Shown here: one piece after another, positions 55,213 through 61,951 of the stretch
Numbering within the stretch: position 1 is the stretch's first letter
How the letters are laid out: each line of letters opens with the position of its first letter
IMG/VR virus record: IMGVR_UViG_3300022723_000184
Location: 64,001-128,000 of that record
Source: a virus
Taxonomy: Duplodnaviria; Caudoviricetes
Reading direction: 5' to 3' (one strand)
Length of the DNA stretch: 64,000 nucleotides
Made by a program: the position numbers and the translations under genes
The notes under the pieces: generated by a model
What the model was told of the DNA's origin: nothing
The model's database searches: none
The model's input: only the letters and a program-made list of their open reading frames with translations

Positions 55213-56087
55213 TGGCGAACGGCTCCCAAGATCCTGTTTTCGATCCAGACAAATGCCCTGTGCCATTTGTCCAGCGTATCCCTCAGCGGGACATCATCGA
55301 AGACTGCGACATTCCAGGGCCGCCGGACCCGATCTTTGATTGCCCTGACGCCTCCATCAACATCCCGCCCCCAGTCATCAACCCGATCGTCCCGTGTCCC
55401 CAGGTCGAGACCGAGGTCACGGTCTCTGGCGCCACGTTCACGGTGGAAGTGGAGAAAGAGGATCCGTGTCTCCTGACGTTCAAATACGATCTGACTGTTA
55501 CCGGTGGCGGAGGCGACTGCCCTGAGATAACCGCTGAGGCCTCGATCGATTGCGATACAGAAGAATGCGGGGTGAGCGTAGAAGTAACTAAAGACGCGCA
55601 GCAATGTGCGTATGAGTTTGATTTTGCATTTTCCGTACCAAAAGGTGCCGACGGCGCCCAAGGCTCGCAGGGTCCACAAGGCCCGCAGGGCTCGAAGTTC
55701 GCGATCATCGAGGTGACCGACGACCAGGGCGACGAGCAGTTCCTCGGCCTGTTTTGCACCGAGATGCCTGAGTCGTACTTCATGGACATCATGGATCTGA
55801 AGGTGCAGGCCTATCAGACCGCGGTGCCCATGGACCGAAACTTCCTGAAGGCGTGCGAAGGGAACAGCTTCCGGGTCGTGAGCGTGGTGCCCACGGACCC
55901 GATCCAGTACGGTGCGTTCATCGACGACGACAAGGTGGTGCTCCGCACCCAGGAGCACGCCAAGTGCGACAGGGCGACGGTCATGGTCGCCGGCATCCGC
56001 AGGCACTTCGCGGGCCAGAGATTCCCGGTCTTCTCCCGCGAGCAGAAGGCACAGAACGACCGGTTCTGGGGCTCGGCGTTCGAGTAG
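55212..56087 (+). CDS. short fibre-like protein: Cys/Pro-rich N-terminus, collagen-like triplets, chaperone-like C-terminal domain (291 aa)
   Basis: KGADGAQGSQGPQGPQG; LFC.EMPE.YF.D.......D..FL.AC pattern. Confidence 0.55.
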   Translation: MANGSQDPVFDPDKCPVPFVQRIPQRDIIEDCDIPGPPDPIFDCPDASINIPPPVINPIVPCPQVETEVTVSGATFTVEVEKEDPCLLTFKYDLTVTGGGGDCPEITAEASIDCDTEECGVSVEVTKDAQQCAYEFDFAFSVPKGADGAQGSQGPQGPQGSKFAIIEVTDDQGDEQFLGLFCTEMPESYFMDIMDLKVQAYQTAVPMDRNFLKACEGNSFRVVSVVPTDPIQYGAFIDDDKVVLRTQEHAKCDRATVMVAGIRRHFAGQRFPVFSREQKAQNDRFWGSAFE

Positions 56088-56094
56088 GGTCCGC

Positions 56095-58077
56095 ATGGCT
56101 AGGCAACCCATACTGCTGCAGCACCGCTGGGCGCTGGGCGACGCAGTCCTGTTCACGGGCCTGTGCCGAGACATCCAGCTCAACCACCCCGGCAAGTACC
56201 AGGTCTACGTCGACACGCATTTCCGAGACGTGTTTACCAACAACCCCAACGCCACGCTCAAGGAGCGGATGCCGGCCCGTGAGGCTCGACGCATGCGTCC
56301 CGTCAAGATCTCGTACAAGGACGGGATCCGGATGGCCGGACGCGGCAACAAGATCCACATGCTCAGCGAGTACCACCGGGACTTCGAGAAGAAGACCGGG
56401 ATCAGGTGCCCGGTCCGTCGGCCCAAGGGAGACATCCACCTGGTCGGCGAAGAGAACGAGCCGATCGTCAAGGGCCGCTACTGGGTGATCCAGGCCGGCG
56501 GCAAGCTGGACATGACCAACAAGTTCTGGTGGTACAGCCGCTATCAGCAGGTCGTCGACCGCCTGGCCAAGCAGGGCGTCAGCTGCGTGCAGAGCGGGGT
56601 GCGGCACAACAACCACCGGCATCCCGATCTCCGCAACTGTCTGAATCTGGTCAACAAGTTTCAGTCTGCCCGGGAGTTCTTCAACCTGATCAAGTATGCC
56701 GACGGCTTCATCGGTCCGATTACCGGGGGCATGCACGTCGCGGCCTGCTTCGACAAGCCGTGCGTCGTCCTGGCTGGAGGTCGTGAGGAGCCTTGGTGGG
56801 AGGCGTATACGAACGCGTACAATGCGTTCGGCCCCCAGTGCGACCCGGTCAAAGTGGAACACCGGTTCCTGCACACCGTGGGCCTGCTGAGCTGTTGCGA
56901 GGCGAAGGGCTGTTGGAAGAAGCGGGTGGTGCCCTTGGACCCGGCCGACACACTTAAGAACGCGGACAAACTGTGCAAGATGCCTGTACAGCACAATGAC
57001 CAGGCGGTCGGCCAGTGCATGGACATGATTTCGGTAGATCACGTGGTGGAGGCGATAATGAGCTATTACGAGGATGGAGCGATACCGCCGGTTGGCGACA
57101 CGAGCGGGAAGTACCGGGACGAGGATGACGACGAACAGTTCGAGACCCCGAAGCTCGTCGACCCCGGCAACCTCCCGCCGGTGATCAGCACGCCGCCCAT
57201 CGTCCGGAATCGGCCGCAGCTGATAAAGAAGCCGGCGGCCCGCCCTGAGCCCGAGAAGCCCAAGATCCCGTCACCGGCACAGGCCCCGCCCCCACCCTCG
57301 TTCAAGGTCGCGGCGAGCCCTATTATCGGCGGCAAGTTCACGGTCTTCGTCCTGTGCTACGGGCCGTTCCCCGAGCTGGCCAAGCGGTGCCTGGGTTCGA
57401 TCCTCGACACGACGCCGCCCGAGATGCTCGACATCCGCGTGGCCTGCAACGAGTGCTCGCCCGACACGATCAAGTACCTGAGCACGCTGCCCATCACCAA
57501 GACCTACGTCAACCAAAAGAACCGCAAGAAGTACCCGGTGATGCGGGAGATGTTCTGGGACCAAACCTGCCCGATCACCACCAACTACGTGTTGTGGTTC
57601 GACGACGACACGCAGATCGTCGATCCCAACTGGCTGGTCCGGCTCAGCGAAACGATCGTGGCCAACCACCCACACGGCAACCGGATGTTCGGCACCCGGC
57701 TGATCCACGACATGCGGGTGTTCGCCAAGAACGGCAACCGGCCCGACACGTGGTTCCGACAGGCCGATTGGTTTCAGGGCCGCAACTTCCGGGTGCGTGG
57801 CAGGAACATAGAGGCGCCCAACGGCTCGATCATCGAGTTCGCCGTCGGCTACTTCTGGGCTCTGGCCACCGAGACGATCCGGAAGGCGAACATCCCGGAC
57901 CCCCGACTCAACCACAACGGCGGCGACATCACGATCGGCGAGCAGGTGCACCAGGCCGGGGCCAAGATCAAGATGTTCAACAAGGACAAAGTGTTCGTCT
58001 GGTGCCCGAAGAGGGAGGCAGGTGGAAGACGAGGTTACGCGGAAAATTTTCCTTGGTCGGCGGGGCGTGGCGTATAA
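56095..58077 (+). CDS. bifunctional glycosyltransferase: GT9 (heptosyltransferase-like) + Pro-rich linker + GT2-like domain (660 aa)
   Basis: ALGDAV and FIGPITGGMHVAACFDKPCVVLAGGRE (GT-B/GT9); FTVFVLCYG, YVLWFDDD, NHNGGD (GT-A). Confidence 0.75.
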   Translation: MARQPILLQHRWALGDAVLFTGLCRDIQLNHPGKYQVYVDTHFRDVFTNNPNATLKERMPAREARRMRPVKISYKDGIRMAGRGNKIHMLSEYHRDFEKKTGIRCPVRRPKGDIHLVGEENEPIVKGRYWVIQAGGKLDMTNKFWWYSRYQQVVDRLAKQGVSCVQSGVRHNNHRHPDLRNCLNLVNKFQSAREFFNLIKYADGFIGPITGGMHVAACFDKPCVVLAGGREEPWWEAYTNAYNAFGPQCDPVKVEHRFLHTVGLLSCCEAKGCWKKRVVPLDPADTLKNADKLCKMPVQHNDQAVGQCMDMISVDHVVEAIMSYYEDGAIPPVGDTSGKYRDEDDDEQFETPKLVDPGNLPPVISTPPIVRNRPQLIKKPAARPEPEKPKIPSPAQAPPPPSFKVAASPIIGGKFTVFVLCYGPFPELAKRCLGSILDTTPPEMLDIRVACNECSPDTIKYLSTLPITKTYVNQKNRKKYPVMREMFWDQTCPITTNYVLWFDDDTQIVDPNWLVRLSETIVANHPHGNRMFGTRLIHDMRVFAKNGNRPDTWFRQADWFQGRNFRVRGRNIEAPNGSIIEFAVGYFWALATETIRKANIPDPRLNHNGGDITIGEQVHQAGAKIKMFNKDKVFVWCPKREAGGRRGYAENFPWSAGRGV

Positions 58078-58078
58078 T
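58073..58078 (+). promoter_or_regulatory. consensus -10 TATAAT overlapping the GT stop codon
   Basis: Read directly; 8 nt upstream of the structured element; no clear -35. Confidence 0.55.
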
Positions 58079-58086
58079 ACTTCCAT

Positions 58087-58197
58087 GGGTAACGGTAACG
58101 CAAAAGACATGGCCGGTTAACGGTTTGGTCGCCTCCTGGTCCTTCAACGAGAAGCGGTTGACGGAGCCAAGAACGCCATGTGGTTGGTCCGTTACCC
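58087..58197 (+). ncRNA. candidate rod-like structured RNA or 5' leader (~111 nt)
   Basis: Nested helices GGGTAACGG/CCGTTACCC, ACATGGC/GCCATGT, TTGG/CCAA, CTCC/GGAG, TCAAC/GTTGA. Confidence 0.55.
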
Positions 58198-58228
58198 GAG
58201 CCCTGACCACCCCCGTCGGGGGTCGCGA

Positions 58229-58588
58229 ATGAAAACTGGTCCGCAGCTAGTCATCAACCACATGATCTTCTTCGACATGATCGGAGACCCCGCCTTCTAC
58301 TCGAAGGTGCCGGCCTTCTTCTTCATGCGGGACCAGGGTCTGGCCATCCACAAGAAGATCACCGACGCGGTCCTGGAGAAGGCAGGGTGCCGGGGCTGCA
58401 CGAACATGCGCCAGCAGGTCTGGCCGATCTTCCAGGTCTTCGCTCAGCAGGCCTTCCTGCTTGGCCAGGAGAATCCGGAAGCTCTAAAGCCTTTGGGGGA
58501 TTACATTGCAGGGAAGAAGGGCTACCGACCTACAGAAATACTGCTGTATTTCAGATATCAAGGAATAACGCATAAACTTGTAATATGA
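58229..58588 (+). CDS. small CxxC protein, paralogue of 59723-60037 (119 aa)
   Basis: LVI..M.....F....P.F, GCRGC, C-terminal YF.YQG....L.I. Confidence 0.6.
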   Translation: MKTGPQLVINHMIFFDMIGDPAFYSKVPAFFFMRDQGLAIHKKITDAVLEKAGCRGCTNMRQQVWPIFQVFAQQAFLLGQENPEALKPLGDYIAGKKGYRPTEILLYFRYQGITHKLVI

Positions 58589-59244
58589 AAACTACAACGA
58601 AACCAAAACACGGAAGATTTAACGACCTAGAAGGTCGCAAATTTTCTAGATGGGCCGTAGTAGGTTATGCAGGCAGGAAACTTACCGGGAAACAGATGAA
58701 GACTTTCTGGTGGTGCCGTTGCTCTTGCGGTACCACTCGGCAGGTGGAGGCGCAATCTCTGAGTTCCGACGGATCTAAGTCTTGCGGATGTTACGAACGC
58801 GAGGTTGCGGGCGAGCACAGGCGAGTACACGGCGGCACAGGAACAGTAGAGTACACAACCTGGAAAAGGCTTCGCAGCAGATGCAACAATCCAAAATCGC
58901 CTGACTGGAACAATTACGGGGGAAGAGGAATAAGGGTATGTGCCGAGTGGGACGCTATTGAAACCGGATTCTCCAAGTTCTTGCTCGATATGGGTCCCAG
59001 GCCAGGCGACTATTATTCCGTAGAGCGCAAGGACAACGACGGACCGTATAGCGCGGAAAACTGCGTATGGGCGACAAACTACGAACAGAGCCGAAACAGG
59101 CGAACTAACCACATGTTTACCTGGGAAGGTGAAACTCTGTGTCTGAAAGACTGGGCAAATCGTTTCAACATTAAATACGACAAGTTGCGTCGCAGGTTGT
59201 TAAAATACGGATGGCCTTTTTACCGGGCAATCACGACAGCGTAG
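58585..59244 (+). CDS. free-standing HNH endonuclease (YGGRGI.VC family, 219 aa)
   Basis: DL.G.KF.RW, W.CRC.CG, SCGC, YGGRGIRVC..W, ERKDNDGPYS.ENC.WAT..EQ.RNRR; AT-richer. Confidence 0.9.
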   Translation: MKTTTKPKHGRFNDLEGRKFSRWAVVGYAGRKLTGKQMKTFWWCRCSCGTTRQVEAQSLSSDGSKSCGCYEREVAGEHRRVHGGTGTVEYTTWKRLRSRCNNPKSPDWNNYGGRGIRVCAEWDAIETGFSKFLLDMGPRPGDYYSVERKDNDGPYSAENCVWATNYEQSRNRRTNHMFTWEGETLCLKDWANRFNIKYDKLRRRLLKYGWPFYRAITTA

Positions 59245-59261
59245 ACGCAAGGAGGCCAGGG

Positions 59262-59714
59262 ATGGCCAGAGGCATCAGGCTCACACGACACTCGGTCAAG
59301 AACGCCAACCACTGGCACCTCCGCGCCTTCCGGCTGCGGATCGAGGTGGCCGAGACCAGCCCCGACATGAGCCGATACGTCTTCGTCTACCGGCGGCACC
59401 CTCCGGACCCGTACACCGGCGAGGTCTTCGACGAGTTCTGCACCGTCGCGAGCCCCGTTGACATGAGCGAGTACCCGGTGGGCGCCCCCGACCCCAACCT
59501 GCCGTTCCCGTTCTTCCGAAAGGATTTCATTGAGGTCGACGTCCGGTCGCTCAAGGACTTCGACGAGACGTGGGACCTTGTCGTGAAGCAGGTCTGCGTC
59601 CTGACCCAGGCCCTCGACGACATGGAGAACCTGGTGCAGGACGAGGAGGCGGTATGCGGTACGCTGCCCAGCGGTTCCGAGTCAGTCTCCGAGTCCGAAT
59701 CGGTCTCGTCGTAG
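59262..59714 (+). CDS. hypothetical virion-type protein with Ser-rich tail (150 aa)
   Basis: AAGGAGG RBS; ends SGSESVSESESVSS. Confidence 0.65.
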   Translation: MARGIRLTRHSVKNANHWHLRAFRLRIEVAETSPDMSRYVFVYRRHPPDPYTGEVFDEFCTVASPVDMSEYPVGAPDPNLPFPFFRKDFIEVDVRSLKDFDETWDLVVKQVCVLTQALDDMENLVQDEEAVCGTLPSGSESVSESESVSS

Positions 59715-59722
59715 GAGCGGCC

Positions 59723-60037
59723 ATGGCCACAGCAGCACACAAGCTGGTCGTGATCCAGGACAACACCCTGAAGAACATGGCCAAGCAAACGCGGTTCACC
59801 AAGGAGTTCCCGTTCCTTCAGTCGCTCAACCGACTGAACCAGGGCGCCCCGAAGCGAGGTTGCGGCGGGTGCCGATCGAGCAACAACCGGGTGTCCGAGG
59901 TATTCGCTGCGGCAAAGCGTGCGCTGGCCTCGCTGCCGGCCTCGAAGAAGCGGGTGCTCAAGGAGCTGCTTGGGGCTAAGAAGGTGCGGGTTACCTACCG
60001 TCAAGCAGGCGGGAAGACGGTCGAACTGACCTTTTAA
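59723..60037 (+). CDS. small basic CxxC protein, paralogue of 58229-58588 (104 aa)
   Basis: AGGAG RBS; LVVI...L..M....F..EFPF, GCGGC, VTYRQ.GG..V.L.F. Confidence 0.65.
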   Translation: MATAAHKLVVIQDNTLKNMAKQTRFTKEFPFLQSLNRLNQGAPKRGCGGCRSSNNRVSEVFAAAKRALASLPASKKRVLKELLGAKKVRVTYRQAGGKTVELTF

Positions 60038-60138
60038 AGTCACGCCTTTTGAACCGGTATGCCGGCATGTTGACACCAGTACGGCTACCTAAATAAACGT
60101 GTTTTTTGCGTCAAAATACATGCAGGCAAATTAGCCCG

Positions 60139-60166
60139 GTCTCATCTTCTAAACCGATGAGCAGGT
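60139..60166 (-). promoter_or_regulatory. conserved hairpin motif copy 5 on minus strand: ACCTG-CTCATC-GGTTTAGAA-GATGAG-AC
   Basis: Reverse complement of 60139-60166; perfect 6-bp stem; minus-strand TATAAT at 60182-60187 upstream. Confidence 0.7.
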
Positions 60167-60196
60167 ATTAAGATCCTCGGTATTATAGCCGAACCG

Positions 60197-60227
60197 CACC
60201 CGGCACATCGCCGGGTGTTTTTCTTTT
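60197..60227 (+). terminator. intrinsic terminator closing the structural operon
   Basis: CACCCGGC-ACATC-GCCGGGTG followed by TTTTTCTTTT. Confidence 0.8.
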
Positions 60228-60328
60228 CACCCCACCCCTCGTCCCGGTAGGCGTCCTGCTTGCCGGGGCTTTCGTCGCGGGCCTGTTGTCCGCGACTACT
60301 ACCACCTCCTCCAGAAGGGAAAATTGTC

Positions 60329-60613
60329 ATGATCGATCACAACCCCGTCCCCGCCATCCTCGTCCAGGACATCATCGACAACCAGGATCTGGGCCGTGCG
60401 ACCAACTTGGTCGCCTACGTCCGCAAGAATCTGCTGACCTCAGCCCGCGAAACAGGCCTCAGCAATATTGCGGTTGAGCGTTTAATCTCCAGCACGTTGG
60501 AACGGCTGACCCGTGGGGTGCGTGAGAATGCACCAAAAGACCGTCGATTTTTGTTCTGGGTCAACGACCGTCTCCTGCGGCGTGAGATCCTCGAAGGCCG
60601 GATCGCCGCGTAA
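60329..60613 (+). CDS. hypothetical helical protein (94 aa)
   Basis: AAGGGA RBS, ATG 60329. Confidence 0.5.
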   Translation: MIDHNPVPAILVQDIIDNQDLGRATNLVAYVRKNLLTSARETGLSNIAVERLISSTLERLTRGVRENAPKDRRFLFWVNDRLLRREILEGRIAA

Positions 60614-60648
60614 GCGATCGGCATCGATCCTTCAGAGAAAGGGACAAC

Positions 60649-61113
60649 ATGTTCAAATTCGCACCGTTCCTGCTACTCGTCGTCTGTTCGGCGACACTGG
60701 CCGACCAGTCTGCCGACGAGTCACAGATCAACTGGAATCTGGTCTTCAAGTGCCTTCACATGAAGGAGGCCAGCGGTAAACTGAGCCCCGATCGTGGGGA
60801 CGACGGTAAGGCCCTTGGACCCTACCAGATCCACGAGGTTTACTGGAAGGACGCGCTCAAGGGTGATCCGTCGATCGGCGGGAAGTACGAGGACTGCAGC
60901 GACAAGGCCTACTCCGAGAAGGTGATCAAGGCTTACATGCGACGGTGGCTCGTGGTGAGCCGGGTCGGCAAGGTGATGACCTACGAACTCATTTGCCGGT
61001 CCCACAACGGGGGAGGCCCTAGGGCCTGGCCCAAGCACCCCGGCCACATGCGGTGGCTTCAGGCCTCCCAGGCGTACTGGGAGTCTGCGGTCTTCGATCC
61101 CCTGCGGAAATAG
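60649..61113 (+). CDS. secreted lysozyme-superfamily protein resembling i-type (destabilase) lysozyme (154 aa)
   Basis: Signal peptide MFKFAPFLLLVVCSATLA; KEASG, GPYQIHEVYWKDA, GG.YEDC, YM.R., HNGG motifs. Confidence 0.65.
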   Translation: MFKFAPFLLLVVCSATLADQSADESQINWNLVFKCLHMKEASGKLSPDRGDDGKALGPYQIHEVYWKDALKGDPSIGGKYEDCSDKAYSEKVIKAYMRRWLVVSRVGKVMTYELICRSHNGGGPRAWPKHPGHMRWLQASQAYWESAVFDPLRK

Positions 61114-61194
61114 ACCGAAAATCACAGGTCCCGATTGACCTTGATTGACGACGCAATACCGGCTCATCAGCCGGGAAAACTAGGAGAAGCTATC

Positions 61195-61929
61195 ATGAAG
61201 ACTCTGATCATCGCTATCGCTGCCGTGCTGCTCGTGTGTCCGGCGTTCGGGCAGGAGCAGGAGACGAAACTTCAATCACTCGGCGCTCGTCGGGCCATGG
61301 TCCGCTACAAGGCCAAGGTCGCGAACGCAGAGCGCCTGTACAAGGCCGCACTGTTGCGAGCGGCGAAAGACCTGAAAGAAGAACTTCAAGCCGACCTCAT
61401 CAAGGTTACGAAGACCGGCAACCTGGAGTCCGCCAACCAGGTGAAGGCCGAGCTGGATCGCATTCAGGCGGAAATCGAAAAGATGACCAACCCTGACGCT
61501 AAGCCGAGCAATACGCCCAGCGACTCCGTTGAAATCACTGAGGGCGATCCGAATGTCAAAGTCGGGAAACTCAAGCCCACTCGCGACTGGTGGACGCTCG
61601 CCCAACTCAAAGCAGGTGACAAAGTTTACTTCCGGGCGGCTGGAACATGGGAGATCTTTGGCGTCGGCACCTGCGGGCCTGACGGCGGCCGTGGAAGCAA
61701 GGGCGACAAGAACGACCCGCTCCCCGGCGCTCCAGTGGGCGCAATTCTCGGCAGGCTTCCTGGCTCCACCGACGAGAAGCGGGCTACTGGCTTTGTGATT
61801 GGGCGCAGCGCCGTATTCACTGCCAAGGAGGATGGCGCGTTCCAGCTTCGCGTCAACAAGACGAGCGGCTACATCTACAAGTGCGATGGCGAACTGGCCT
61901 ACAAAGTCAAGGTCGTTCCAGCCAACTGA
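61195..61929 (+). CDS. secreted coiled-coil + LecA/PA-IL-like lectin-domain protein (244 aa)
   Basis: AGGAG RBS; signal peptide MKTLIIAIAAVLLVCPAFG; W....LKAGD.V...A.G.W...GP.G...PL..AP.GA.LGR...F.IG...G.F.L.VN. Confidence 0.55.
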   Translation: MKTLIIAIAAVLLVCPAFGQEQETKLQSLGARRAMVRYKAKVANAERLYKAALLRAAKDLKEELQADLIKVTKTGNLESANQVKAELDRIQAEIEKMTNPDAKPSNTPSDSVEITEGDPNVKVGKLKPTRDWWTLAQLKAGDKVYFRAAGTWEIFGVGTCGPDGGRGSKGDKNDPLPGAPVGAILGRLPGSTDEKRATGFVIGRSAVFTAKEDGAFQLRVNKTSGYIYKCDGELAYKVKVVPAN

Positions 61930-61932
61930 TCC

Positions 61933-61946
61933 AAAAAGTACTTTTT
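61933..61946. repeat. AAAAAGTACTTTTT palindrome copy 4
   Basis: Read directly, 3 nt after the stop at 61929. Confidence 0.9.
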
Positions 61947-61951
61947 AAAAT

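Noticed and set aside
58087-58197. Possible SRP (4.5S) RNA, given size, rod shape and GCCAAG/GAAGC words
   Set aside because: No GNRA tetraloop on a 3-bp stem and no CAGG/AGCA symmetric loop.
21139-59244. HNH genes as group I intron cargo
   Set aside because: Flanking genes are complete and align with paralogues; no split reading frame or intron core recognised, so they are free-standing.
60070-60099. TTGACA as -35 of a + strand sigma70 promoter
   Set aside because: No TAnnnT at 16-18 nt spacing (ATAAAC/TAAACG); left uncalled.
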